Notes under the pieces: model-generated
Seen by the model: only the letters and a program-made list of their open reading frames with translations
Told to the model about the DNA's origin: nothing
The model's database searches: none
DNA from: Neoechinorhynchus agilis
Lineage: Eukaryota > Animalia > Acanthocephala
DNA: 64,000 bases
Direction of reading: 5' to 3'
Assembly: GCA_051530055.1 (NCBI GenBank)
Contig: CM121341.1
Span: 1,736,001 to 1,800,000, forward strand
Part shown: one piece after another, positions 1 through 13,241 of the stretch
Position numbering within the stretch: the stretch's first letter is position 1
Layout of the letters: each line of letters begins with the position of its first letter
Program-made: the position numbers and the translations under genes

Positions 1-648
1 GTTATTTCGCCAATGATATGTTTCAAAAAATAACTGACTAGAAGCTTCAAAAAATATACATCCTCGATGTGAAGAAAATGTGACTTGTTCTCTCTTTAAA
101 TTCCATTTAACATAATTATGTTTTGAAAAAATTTGGAAATGAAAGGCTTTCCGAAACACAAATTCGTTCATCCTTTGATTTATGCGGTGATCACAATTGC
201 TTATGAAATGACACTCGAGATGTTTTAAATTTGAAGCTATGTATTTTTAACCTTTTTTAGTCTTCCCAATATCTGTAAGTAAATATTTATTTGAATCCAT
301 TTTATTCAATAAATATTCCTATTTTTTCGCTAAATACTAAACAAAACAAACTTGTATAAATTTTTAACGCTCCAGAATATTAAATCATTTTTTAAATCTT
401 AAGTGCCTACAAATACCCCTAAAAATTATTTGCTTAATAGGCGACAAGTGAAAATCAATGCCCATTTGAAACACTTGATTTTAATTTTTTTATTTAAGCA
501 CATCAAAAAACAGTGACAGCTTGTTCGATCACTCTTCATTTTTTATAAACTTTTCATTTTCGCAAATTTCGATATTCCCATTTTGAGCATCCTGGTTTAT
601 TTTCCTGCCGAGTTAATCGTTTCTTCTTTATTTAGCCTCCGTATTTCT

Positions 649-2271
649 TCAGTTCTGTTCATCTGAATTATTTTCACTGTCTTTATCTTCTTTATCATTT
701 ACAATGGTGACAGCTTCAATATGCACTTTACTATTGGCCAATGACTTCATAATAAAGGCCATGTCTTTGTTATTAGTGTTCAGTGTATCGGCATTCAATT
801 TTAAGATCTCCATATCATCATCGCCCATTAGAAACTCTTCCATAAAAGTTTCATCGCCGATATCCTGCCATTGTTCGTCTTTGTGGCAGGTAAACCATTC
901 AGGAATTTTCTGCTCCTTTTCGGGCTTTTGGATAACAATAGTAAATTTTTCCGGAATCGGCGGCATCTCTTCCTCACGTTCCAACGCAAAGACAACGTCT
1001 TCGATATCTTCTATATCGCCGGGCTCTCCTTCAACTTTGTTCTTTTTTATGTAATCCCTTTGAGCTGGACGCAGATAAGTCCATAAATAACTGGGAATAT
1101 TTGAATTATCTCGATGTCGTGGCCGCAAAGAAGCATTCTTAATTCCGCCCTTTGTACATTTTCGAAGTTCACTGTTTGTTTGGTCGTCGGCGCGGATGCT
1201 CAATTCCACAATGACTGGGACCTTTTCCTCGTGGTCGCCGTTTTTCCGGTTGATATATAGTTTAGTCGAGAGAAGATGATCTTTTTTCGGCTGGGTTTTT
1301 AAAGCTTCTCCCTCATCAATTGGTTTATCCGCCTCAAAGGTATGATTAGGTGCATTAAATGTATTTGGGATCCTTTGTAGTTGATGTGGCAGCAGAAATC
1401 CCGAAGGAAATTGATTAACACCGGTTGCACCGCACCCTAATCCATAAGCCGCATTGGGTTGATTTAATGGATAAATTTGTCCAACTTGATTCCCCAAAGA
1501 TAATGCCTGCATATTGGCGATAAGTTGAGGCATTGGCTGTATTGTTTGTCCAAAAGGTAATTGGGTGAATCGTTGGGATGGGAAGCCACCAATCATGTTA
1601 ACATTTTGAATGCCGCCGAAATTGATCGATTGGCCGATAGCAGTATTGGTTGTTGTTTGTGGTTGTTGTAGCGTGGGATTTTGGTGATTCTGGATGAATT
1701 GAGCCCTTTGGCTCCCTGAATCGTTGAAGTGTCCCGCTGTGTTTATAGCACTATTAAGTGTCGCAGTTTGAAATCTTGAAGTTGACTCTTCTTCGTGCCC
1801 ATTTCCGCGAGGCGAATTTAATTGAAGAGCTCTCTGTACGCTTCTGGCACGATTTTGATAATTTGCACCTTCTACATTTGTGCCACTATTTGCAGAATTT
1901 TTGTTTTGGTGTCCGGACCGAAATACCGAGTATGTTGCACTGTTGCTCCTCGAAAGTTCATTTTTGCTTCGATCAGGTTGATAGCGAGCGAGAGGTGCCG
2001 ATCCACGAGAATTTCTATTTGCATAGTTAATTTGATTCGGTCTTGGAACACTCCTGGTTCGGTTTGATCTTTGCTGCGAGTCATGATTTAAATTTTCATT
2101 TATAGTGGCATTTGAGCTTATAGTATTATTTGAGCGCTGTTGCTCATTGTTAATTCTGGCCGGTCGGAAGACGATCCTTTCTGTCCAAGTTCCATCGCTT
2201 CGTAGGTAACTAGGAATGTAGTATTCCCCAGTTCTTGGATCGATTCTCAATTGGGTTCTTTTGTCCGACAT
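649..2271 (-). CDS. 540-aa intronless protein: PYM/Mago-bind-like N-terminal motif, N/Q-rich low-complexity middle, acidic C-terminus
   Basis: Long open ORF. The N-terminus DPRTGEYYIPSYLRSDGTWTERIVFRP resembles the PYM consensus GxYIPxSxRxDGTWRKxIRVRPG. The rest is not recognisable. Confidence 0.75.
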   Translation of the reverse strand: MSDKRTQLRIDPRTGEYYIPSYLRSDGTWTERIVFRPARINNEQQRSNNTISSNATINENLNHDSQQRSNRTRSVPRPNQINYANRNSRGSAPLARYQPDRSKNELSRSNSATYSVFRSGHQNKNSANSGTNVEGANYQNRARSVQRALQLNSPRGNGHEEESTSRFQTATLNSAINTAGHFNDSGSQRAQFIQNHQNPTLQQPQTTTNTAIGQSINFGGIQNVNMIGGFPSQRFTQLPFGQTIQPMPQLIANMQALSLGNQVGQIYPLNQPNAAYGLGCGATGVNQFPSGFLLPHQLQRIPNTFNAPNHTFEADKPIDEGEALKTQPKKDHLLSTKLYINRKNGDHEEKVPVIVELSIRADDQTNSELRKCTKGGIKNASLRPRHRDNSNIPSYLWTYLRPAQRDYIKKNKVEGEPGDIEDIEDVVFALEREEEMPPIPEKFTIVIQKPEKEQKIPEWFTCHKDEQWQDIGDETFMEEFLMGDDDMEILKLNADTLNTNNKDMAFIMKSLANSKVHIEAVTIVNDKEDKDSENNSDEQN

Positions 2272-2507
2272 TTGTGCAAGATAAAATGATTTGCAATGGT
2301 GATCGCGTTTGTTGCCGTTGAATAGATGTTCGTTTAAGGAAGCGATCAGATCGTTAAATATTAGTAGATTATAGTAATGACCCGATGTAGAAAGTTGAGT
2401 TTAAGAACGTAGCTGTTTAGGTCGTTAGTACGATATCCAAAGATATTAGCGATGTATACAATTCGGGTTCAATGGTATGATAAATAGGCTCCCACAGTAC
2501 GTTGCGC

Positions 2508-2556
2508 AACCAATCAGCGCGATTCACTGCACTCAGTAAATTTGTGCACCAATCAA
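2508..2556. promoter_or_regulatory. Two CCAATCA (NF-Y-like) boxes 39 bp apart
   Basis: CCAATCA at 2510 and 2549, about 240-280 bp upstream of the ORF start at 2271. Motif match only. Confidence 0.3.
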
Positions 2557-2755
2557 ATCGCGAGATCAAGAAGCCGACATTGATATAGTGCGGATAGGCA
2601 TTACTAATTATACAGATTAATTATAATTAAAGTACTTAAAAATCCTTGATTTTCAAAGGCTTCAATGAACTAAACAAAGAAGCTATTACTTTTAATTACT
2701 TTGCATTACTCGTTAACGCCCATGCTTTTGTTGCTACTTCCGAAACCAATTTCCT

Positions 2756-5700
2756 GCCTCAATGTTTAACTACTTAGCAAGTAAGTAAGCTACTAAATTC
2801 ATCGTTTCCCATAGATCTATGAAAATGGATGTTTGCATTATTTCTAAGAATATCGAGTTGTAGTCCGTAAGCCGTGATTAAAATAGAAATCCAAGTGGTA
2901 CTTTAGCGTCCTGCATAAACTTTATACGATAAATTCCCGTGCAGTATAGGAAGTGAATATTGATGCATTTCGTGTCCCAAAAAGCACTGTTGTTGCCTTC
3001 AGGCCTCAATGTTTAACTACTTAGCTAGTAAGTAAGGTACTAAACTCGTCGTTTCCTATAGATCAATAAAAATGGACGTTTGCGGTATTTCTAAGAATAT
3101 CGAGTTGTAGTCCGTAAGCTGCTGATTAAAATAGAAATCCAAGTGGCACTTAAGCATTCGCCATAAACTTTATAAGATAATCTCCAGTATAGGATGTGCA
3201 TATTGATGAATTTCGTGTCCCAAAAAGCACTATTGTTGTTGCCAATAGGCCTCAATGTTTAACTACTTAGCAAGTAAGTAAGCTACTAAATTCATCGTTT
3301 CCCATAGATCTATGAAAATGGATGTTTGCATTATTTCTAAGAATATCGAGTTGTAGTCCGCAAGCCGTGATTAAAATAGAAATCCAAGTGGTACTTTAGC
3401 GTCCTGCATAAACTTTATAAGATAATCTCCCGTGCAGTATAGGAAGTGCATATTGATGCATTTCGTGTCCAAAAAAGCACAATTATTGTTGCCAATAGGC
3501 CTCAATATTTTACTACTTATCAAGTAAGTAAGGTACTAAACTCGTCGTTTCCTATAGATCAATAAAAATGGACCTTGGAATTATTTCTAAGAATATCAAG
3601 TTGTAGTCCGTAAGCTGTTGATTGAAATAGAAATCCAAGTGGTACTTTACCATTCGTCATAAACTTTATAAGATAATCTCCCGTGCAGTATAGGAAGTGC
3701 ATATTGATGCATTTCGTGTCCAAAAAAGCACTATTGTTGTTGCCAATAGGCCTCAATGTTTAACTACTTAGCAAGTAAGTAAGCTACTAAATTCATCGTT
3801 TCCCATAGATCTATGAAAATGGATGTTTGCATTATTTCTCAGAATATCGAGTTGTAGTCCGTAAGCCGTGATTAAAATAGAAATCCAAGTGGTACTTTAG
3901 CGTCCTGCATAAACTTTATAAGATAATCTCCCGTGCAGTATAGGAAGTGCATATTGATGCATTTCGTGTCCAAAAAAGCACAATTATTGTTGCCAATAGG
4001 CCTCAATGTTTAACTACTTAGCAAGTAAGTAAGGTACTAAACTCGTCGTTTCCTATAGATCAATAAAAATGGACGTTTGCGGTATTTCTAAGAATATCGA
4101 GTTGTAGTCCGTAAGCCGTGATTAAAATAGAAATCCAAGTGGCACTTTAACATTCTGCATAAACATTATAAGATAATCTCCCGTGCAGTATAAGAAGTGT
4201 ATATTGATGCATTTCGTGTCCCAAAAAGCACTGTTGTTGTTGCCAATAGTCCTCAATGTTTAACTACTTAGCAAGTAAGTTAGGTACTAAACTCGTCGTT
4301 TCCTATAGATCAATGAAAATGGACGTTTGCGTTATTTCTTAGAATATAGAGTTGTAGTCCGTAAGTTGTTGATTAAACTTGAAAGCAAAGTGGAACTTTA
4401 GCATTCTGCATAAACTTTATAAGATAATCTCCCGTGCAGTATAGGAAGTGCGTATTGATTCATTTCGTGTAACAAAAACCACAATTATTGTTGCCAATAG
4501 GCCTCAATGTTTAACTACTTAGCAAGTAAGTTAGGTACTAAACTCGTCATTTCCTATAGATCAATGAAAATGGACGTTTGCGATATTTCTAAGAATATCG
4601 AGTTGTAGTCCGTAAGCCGTGATTAAAATAGAAATCCAAGTGGCACTTTAACATTCTGCATAAACTTTATAAGATAATCTCCCGTGCAGTATAAGAAGTG
4701 TATATTGATGCATTCGTGTCCCAAAAAGCACTGTTGTTGTTGCCAATAGGCCTCAATGTTTAACTACTTAGCAAGTAAGTTAGGTACTAAACTCGTCGTT
4801 TCCTATAGATCAATGAAAATGGACGTTTGCGTTATTTCTAAGAATATAGAGTTGTAGTCCGTAAGTTGTTGATTAAACTTGAAAGCAAAGTGGAACTTTA
4901 GCATTCTGCAAACTTTATAAGATAATCTCCCGTGCAGTATAGGAAGTGCGTATTGATTCATTTCGTGTAACAAAAACCACAATTATTGTTGCCAATAGGC
5001 CTCAATGTTTAACTACTTAGCAAGTAAGTTAGGTACTAAACTCGTTGTTTCCTATAGATCAATAAAAACGGACGTTTGCGGTATTTCTAAGAATATCGAA
5101 TTGTAGTCCGTAAGCTGTTGATTAAAATAGAAAGCCAAGTGGCACTTTAGCATTCTGCATAAACTTTATAAGATAATCTCCCGTGCAGTATAGGAAGTGC
5201 ATATTGATGCATTTCGTGTCCCAAAAAGCACTGTTGTTGCCTACAGGCCTCAATGTTTAACTACTTAGCAAGTAAGTTAGGTACTAAACTCGTCATTTCC
5301 TATAGATCAATGAAAATGGACGTTTGCGTTATTTCTAAGAATATCGAGTTGTAGTCCGTAAGCTGTTGATTAAAATAGAAATCCAAGTGGCACTTTAGCA
5401 TTCTGCATAAACTTTATAAGATAATCTCCCGTGCAGTATAGGAAGTGAATATTGATGCATTTGGTGTCCAAAAAAGCACTATTGTTGTTTCCAATAGGCC
5501 TCAATGTTTAACTACTTAGCAAGTAAGTTAGGTACTAAACTCGTCATTTCCTATAGATCAATGAAAATGGACGTTTGCGTTATTTCTAAGAATATCGAAT
5601 TGTAGTCCGTAAGCTGTTGATTAAAATAGAAATCCAAGTGGCACTTTAGCATTCTGCATAAACTTTATAAGATAATCTCCCGTGCAGTATAGGAAGTGAA

Positions 5701-8700
5701 TATTGATGCATTTGGTGTCCAAAAAAGCACTATTGTTGTTTCCAATAGGCCTCAATGTTTAACTACTTAGCAAGTAAGTTAGGTACTAAACTCGTCGTTT
5801 CCTATAGATCAATGAAAATGGACGTTCGCGTTATTTCTAAGAATATCGAGTTGTAGTCCGTAAGCTGTTGATTAAAATTGAAATCCAAGTGGCACTTTAG
5901 CATTCTGCATAAACTTTATAAGATAATCTCCCGTGCAGTATAGGAAGTGCATATTGATGCATTTCGTGTCCTAAAATGCAATATTGTTGATGCCAATAGG
6001 CCTCAATGTTTAACTACTTAGCAAGTAAGTTAGGTACAAAAATCGTCGTTTCCTATAGATCAATAAAAATGGACGTTTGCGTTATTTCTAAGAATATCGA
6101 GTTGTAGTCCGTAAGCTGTTTATTAAAATAGAAATCCAAGTGGCACTTTAGCATTATGCATAAACTTTATGAGATAATCTCCCGTGCAGTATAGGAAGTG
6201 CACATTGATGCATTTCGTGTCCCAAAAAGCACTATTGTTGTTGTCTATAGACCTCAATGTTTAACTACTTAGCAAGTTAGTAAGTTACTAAACTCGTCGT
6301 TTCCTATAGATCAATGAAAATGAACGTTTTCATTATTTCTAAGAATATCAAGTTGTAATCCTTAAGCTGTTGATTAAAATAGAAATCCAAGTGGCACTTT
6401 AGCGTCCTGCATAAACTTTATAAGATAATCTCCCGTGCAGTATAGGAAGTGCAAATTGATGCATTTCGTGTCCCAAAAAGCACTGTTGTTGCCTACAGGC
6501 CTCAATGTTTAACTACTTAGCAAGTAAGTTAGGTACTAAACTCGTCATTTCCTATAGATCAATGAAAATGGACGTTTGCGTTATTTCTAAGAATATCGAG
6601 TTGTAGTCCGTAAGCTGTTGATTAAAATAGAAATCCAAGTGGCACTTTAGCATTCTGCATAAACTTTATAAGATAATCTCCCGTGCTGTATAGGAAGTGA
6701 ATATTGATGCATTTGGTGTCCCAAAAAGCACAATTATTGTTGCCAATAGGCCTCAATGTTTAACTACTTAGCAAGTAAGTTAGGTACTAAACTCGTCGTT
6801 TCCTATAGATCAATGAAAATGGACGTTTGCGTTATTTCTAAGAATATAGAGTTGTAGTCCGTAAGTTGTTGATTAGACTTGAAAGCAAAAAGGAACTTTA
6901 GCATTCTGCATAAACTTTATAAAATAATCCCCCGTGCAGTATAGGAAGTGCGTATTGATTCATTTCGTGTAACAAAAACCACAATTATTGTTGCCAATAG
7001 GCCTCAATGTTTAACTACTTAGCAAGTAAGTTAGGTACTAAACTCGTCATTTCCTGTAGATCAATGAAAATGGACGTTTGCGTTATTTCTAAGAATATCG
7101 AGTTGTAGTCCGTAAGCTGTTGATTAAACTAGAAATCCAAGTGGTACTTTAGCATTCTGCATAAACTTTATAAGATAATCTCCCGTGCAGTATAGGAAGT
7201 GAATATTGATGCATTTGGTGTCCCAAAAGCACAATTATTGTTGCCAATAGGCCTCAATGTTTAACTACTTAGCAAGTAAGTTAGGTACTAAACTCGTCGT
7301 TTCCTATAGATCAATGAAAATGGACGTTCGCGTTATTTCTAAGAATATCGAGTTGTAGTCCGTAAGCTGTTGATTAAACTAGAAATCAAAGTGTACTTTA
7401 GCATTCTGCATAAACTTTATAAGATAATCTCCCGTGCAGTATAGGAAGTGCATATTGATGCATTTCATTGTCCCAAAAAGCACAATTATTGTTGCCAATA
7501 GGCCTCAATGTTTAACTACTTAGCAAGTAAGTTGGAGTACTAAACTCGTCGTTTCCTATAGATCAATAAAAATGGACCCTTGAATTATTTCTAAGAATAT
7601 CAAGTTGTAGTCCGTAAGCTGTTGATTGAAATAGAAAGCCAAATGAAACTTTAGCATTCTGCATAAACTTTATAAGATAATCTCCCGTGCAGTATAGGAA
7701 GTGCATATTGATGCATTTCGTGTCCCAAAAAGCACAATTGTTGTTGCCTATAGGCCTCAATGTTTAACTACTTAGCAAGTAAGTAAGCCACTAAATTCAT
7801 CGTTTCCCATAGATCTATTAAAATGGATGTTTGCATTATTTCTAAGAATATCGAGTTGTAGTCCGTAAGCCGTGATTAAAATAGAAATCCAAGTTGTACT
7901 TTAGCGTCCTGCATAAACTTTATAAGATAATCTCCCGTGCAGTATAGGAAGTGCATATTGATGCATTTCGTGTCCCAAAAAGCACAATTATTGTTGCCAA
8001 TAGGCCTCAATGTTTAACTACTTAGCAAGTAAGTTAGGTACTAAGTCGTTTCCTATAGATCAATGAAAATGGACGTTCGCGTTATTTCTAAGAATATCGA
8101 GTTGTAGTCCGTAAGCTGTTGATTAAACTAGAAATCCAAGTGGTACTTTAGCATTCTGCATAAACTTTATAAGATAATCTCCCGTGCAGTATAGGAAGTG
8201 AATATTGATGCATTTGGTGTCCCAAAAAGCACTATTGTTGTTGCCAATAGGCCTCAATGTTTAACTACTTAGCAAGTAAGTTAGGTACTAAACTCGTCGT
8301 TTCCTATAGATCAATGAAAATGGACGTTCGCGTTATTTCTAGAATATCGAGTTGTAGTCCGTAAGCTGTTGATTAAACTAGAAATCCAAGTGGTACTTTA
8401 GCATTCTGCATAAACTTTATAAGATAATCTCCCATGCATTATAGGAAGTGCATATTGATGCATTTCGTGTCCCAAAAAGCACTGTTGTTGCCTATTGACC
8501 TCAATGCTTAACTACTTAGCAAGTAAGTTAGGTACTAAACTCGTCGTTTCCTATAGATCAATGAAAATGGACGTTTGCGTTATTTCTAAGAATATCGAGT
8601 TGTAGTCCGTAAGCTGTTGATTAAAATAGAAAGCCAAGTGGCACTCTAGCATTCTGCATAAACTTTATAAGATAATCTCCCGTGCAGTATAGGAAGTGCA

Positions 8701-11700
8701 AATTGATGCATTTCGTGTCCCAAAAAGCACTGTTGTTGCCTACAGGCCTCGATGTTTAACTACTTAGCAAGTAAGTTAGGTACTAAACTCGTCGTTTCCT
8801 ATAGATCAATGAAAATGGACGTTTGCGTTATTTCTAAGAATATCGAGTGGTAGTCCGTAAGCTGTCGATTAAAATAGAAATCCAAGTGGCACTTTAACAT
8901 TCTGCATAAACATTATAAGATAATCTCCCGTGCAGTATAGGAAGTGCATATTGATACATTTCGTGTCCAATGTCCCAAAAAGCACAATAATTGTTGCCAA
9001 TAGGCCTCAATGTTTAACTACTTAGCAAGTAAGTTAGGTACTAAACTCGTCGTTTCCTATAGATCAATGAAAATGGACGTTTGCGTTATTTCTAAGAATA
9101 TAGAGTTGTAGTCCGTAAGCTGTTGATTAAAATAGAAAGCCAAGTGGCACTCTAGCATTCTGCATAAACTTTATAAGATAATCTCCCGTGCAGTATAGGA
9201 AGTGCAAATTGATGCATTTCGTGTCCCAAAAAGCACTGTTGTTGCCTACAGGCCTCGATGTTTAACTACTTAGCAAGTAAGTTAGGTACTAAACTCGTCG
9301 TTTCCTATAGATCAATAAAAATGGACGTTTGCGTTATTTCTAAGAATATCGAGTGGTAGTCCGTAAGCTGTCGATTAAAATAGAAATCCAAGTGGCACTT
9401 TAACATTCTGCATAAACATTATAAGATAATCTCCCGTGCAGTATAGGAAGTGCATATTGATGCATTTCGTGTCCCAAAAAGCACAATAATTGTTGCCAAT
9501 AGGCCTCAATGTTTAACTACTTAGCAAGTAAGTTAGGTACTAAACTCGTCGTTTCCTATAGATCAATGAAAATGGACGTTTGCGTTATTTCTAAGAATAT
9601 AGAGTTGTAGTCCGTAAGTTGTTGATTAAAATAGAAAGCCAAGTGGCACTTTAGCATTCTGCATAAACTTTATAAGATAATCTCCCGTGCAGTATAGGAA
9701 GTGCATATTGATGCATTTCGTGTCCCAAAAAGCACTGTTGTTGCCAATAGGCCTCAATGTTTAACTACTTAGCAAGTAAGTTAGGTACTAAACTCGTCGT
9801 TTCCTATAGATCAATGAAAATGGAAGTTTGCGTTATTTCTAAGAATATAGAGTTGTAGTCCGTAAGTTGTTGATTAAAATAGAAAGCCAAGTGGCACTTT
9901 AGCATTCTGCATAAACTTTATAAGATAATCTCCCGTGCAGTATAGGAAGTGCATATTGATGCATTTCGTGTCCTAGAATGCAATATTGTTGATGCCAATA
10001 GGCCTCAATGTTTAACTACTTAGCAAGTAAGTTAGGTACTAAACTCGTCGTTTCCTATATATCAATGAAAATGGACGTTGGCGTTATTTCTAAGAATATC
10101 GAGTGGTAGTCCGTAAGCTGTCGATTAAAATAGAAATCCAAGTGGCACTTTAACATTCTGCATAAGTCCATAAGATAATCTCCCGTGCAGTATAGGAAGT
10201 GCATATTGATGCATTTCGTGTCCCAAAAAGCACAATTATTGTTGCCAATAGGCTCAATGTTTAACTACTTAGCAAGTAAGTTGGAGCCACTAAACTCGTC
10301 ATTTCCTATAGATCCAATGAAAATGGACGTTTGCGTTATTTCTTAGAATATTGAGTTGTAGTCCGTAAGTTGTTGATTAAACTTGAAAGCAAAGTGGAAC
10401 TTTAGCATTCTGCATAAACTTTATAAGATAATCTCCCGTGCAGTATAGGAAGTGCGTATTGATTCATTTCGTGTAACAAAAACCACAATTATTGTTGCCA
10501 ATAGGCCTCAATGTTTAACTACTTAGCAAGTAAGTTAGGTACTAAACTCGTCATTTCCTATAGATCAATGAAAATGGACGTTTGCGTTATTTCTAAGAAT
10601 ATCGAGTTGTAGTCCGTAAGCTGTTGATTAAACTAGAAAGCCAAGTGGTACTTTAGCATTCTGCATAAACTTTATAAGATAATCTCCCGTGCAGTATAGG
10701 AAGTGCATATTGATGCATTTCGTGTCCTAGAATGCAATATTGTTGATGCCAATAGGCCTCAATGTTTAACTACTTAGCAAGTAAGTTAGGTACTAAACTC
10801 GTCGTTTCCTATATATCAATGAAAATGGACGTTGGCGTTATTTCTAAGAATATCGAGTGGTAGTCCGTAAGCTGTCGATTAAAATAGAAATCCAAGTGGC
10901 ACTTTAACATTCTGCATAAACATTATAAGATAATCTCCCGTGCAGTATAGGAAGTGCATATTGATGCATTTCGTGTCCCAAAAAGCACAATTATTGTTGC
11001 CAATAGGCCTCAATGTTTAACTACTTTGCAAGTAAGTTAGGTACTAAACTCGTCGTTTCCTATAGATCAATGAAAATGGACGTTTGCGTTATTTCTAAGA
11101 ATATAGAGTTGTAGTCCGTAAGTTGTTGATTAAACTTGAAAGCAAAGTGGAACTTTAGAATTCTGCATAAACTTTATAAGATAATCTCCCGTGCAGTATA
11201 GGAAGTGCGTATTGATTCATTTCGTGTAACAAAAACCACAATTATTGTTGCCAATAGGCCTCAATGTTTAACTACTTAGCAAGTAAGTTAGGTACTAAAC
11301 TCGTCATTTCCTATAGATCAATGAAAATGGACGTTTGCGTTATTTCTAAGAATATCGAGTTGTAGTCCGTAAGCTGTTGATTAAACTAGAAATCCAAGTG
11401 GTACTTTAGTATTCTGCATAAACTTTATAAGATAATCTCCCGTGCAGTATAGGAAGTGCATATTGATGCATTTCGTGTCCCAAAAAGCACAATTATTGTT
11501 GCCAATAGGCCTCAATGTTTAACTACTTAGCAAGTAAGTTAGGTACTAAACTCGTCGTTTCCTATAGATCAATGAAAATGGACGTTCGCGTTATTTCTAA
11601 GAATATCGGGTTGTAGTCCGTAAGCTGTTGATTAAAATTGAAATCCAAGTGGCACTTTAGCATTCTGCATAAACTTTATAAGATAATCTCCCGTGCAGTA

Positions 11701-13241
11701 TAGGAAGTGCATATTGATGCATTTCGTGTCCTAAAATGCAATATTGTTGATGCCAATAGGCCTCAATGTTTAACTTCATAGTAAGTTAGGTACTAAACTC
11801 GTCATTTCCTATAGATCAATGAAAATGGACGTTTGCGTTATTTCTAAGAATATCGAGTTGTAGTCCGTAAGCTGTTGATTAAAATTGAAATCCAAGTGGC
11901 ACTTTAGCATTCTGCATAAACTTTATAAGATAATCTCCCGTGCAGTATAGGAAGTGCATATTGATGCGTTTCGTGTCCTAAAATGCAATATTGTTGATGC
12001 CAATAGGCCTCAATGTTTAACTACTTAGCAAGTAAGTTAGGTACTAAACTCGTCATTTCCTATAGATCAATGAAAATGGACGTTTGCGTTATTTCTAAGA
12101 ATATCGAGTTGTAGTCCGTAAGCTGTTTATTAAAATAGAAATCCAAGTGGCACTTTAGCATTATGCATAAACTTTATGAGATAATCTCCCGTGCAGTATA
12201 GGAAGTGCACATTGATGCATTTCGTGTCCCAAAAAGCACTATTGTTGTTGTCTATAGACCTCAATGTTTAACTACTTAGCAAGTTAGTAAGTTACTAAAC
12301 TCGTCGTTTCCTATAGATCAATGAAAATGGACGTTTGCGTTATTTCTAAGAATATCGAATTGTAGTCCGTAAGCTGTTGATTAAAATTGAAATCCAAGTG
12401 GCACTTTAGCATTCTGCATAAACTTTATAAGATAATCTCCCGTGCAGTATAGGAAGTGCATATTGATGCATTTCGTGTCCTAAAATGCAATATTGTTGAT
12501 GCCAATAGGCCTCAATGTTTAACTACTTAGCAAGTAAGTTAGGTACTAAACTCGTCATTTCCTATAGATCAATGAAAATGGACGTTTGCATTATTTCTAA
12601 GAATATCGAGTTGTAGTCCGTAAGCTGTTGATTAAAATAGAAATCCAAGTGGCACTTTAGCATTCTGCATAAACATTATAAGATAATCTCCCGTGCAGTA
12701 TAGGAAGTGCATATTGATGCATTTCGTGTCCCAAAAAGCACTATTGTTGTTGTCTATAGGCCTCAATGTTTAACTACTTAGCAAGTTAGTAAGTTACTAA
12801 ACTCGTCGTTTCCTATAGATCAATGAAAATGGGCGTTTGCATTATTTCTAAGAATATCGAGTTGTAGTCCGTAAGCTGTTGATTAAAATAGAAAGCCAAG
12901 TGGCACTCTAGCATTCGTCATAAACTTTATAAGATAATCTCCCGTGCAGTATAGGAAGTGCATATTGATGCATTTCGTGTCCCGAAAAGCACAATTATTG
13001 TTGCCAATAGGCCTCAATGTTTAACTACTTAGCAAGTAAGTTAGGTACTAAACTCGTCGTTTACTATAGATCAATGAAAATGGACGTTTGCGTTATTTCT
13101 AAGAATATCGAGTTGTAGCCCGTAAGCTGTCGATTAAAATAGAAATCCAAGTGGTACTTTAGCATTGTGCATAAACTTTATAAGATAATCTCCCGTGCAG
13201 TATAGGAAGCGCACATTTGTGCATTTCGTGTCCCAAAAAGC
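2756..13241. repeat. Tandem satellite, ~246-251-bp unit, about 42 copies
   Basis: Unit CTCAATGTTTAACTACTTAGCAAGTAAGT...CCAATAGGC recurs at 2758, 3005, 3251 and onward to ~13.0 kb. The whole unit is conserved, with no unique spacers. Confidence 0.98.

Noticed and set aside
5200-5230. Hammerhead in the satellite (GGGACACGAAA on the minus strand)
   Set aside because: There is no CUGANGA strand anywhere in the unit.
3559-7760. 65-aa minus-strand ORFs in the satellite as a repeated protein gene
   Set aside because: They are open in only two units because of one substitution. No splice pattern I tried kept a frame across units on either strand.
2756-13241. CRISPR array or other prokaryotic system
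   Set aside because: The entire unit repeats with no unique spacers, there are no cas genes, and the context is spliced eukaryotic genes.
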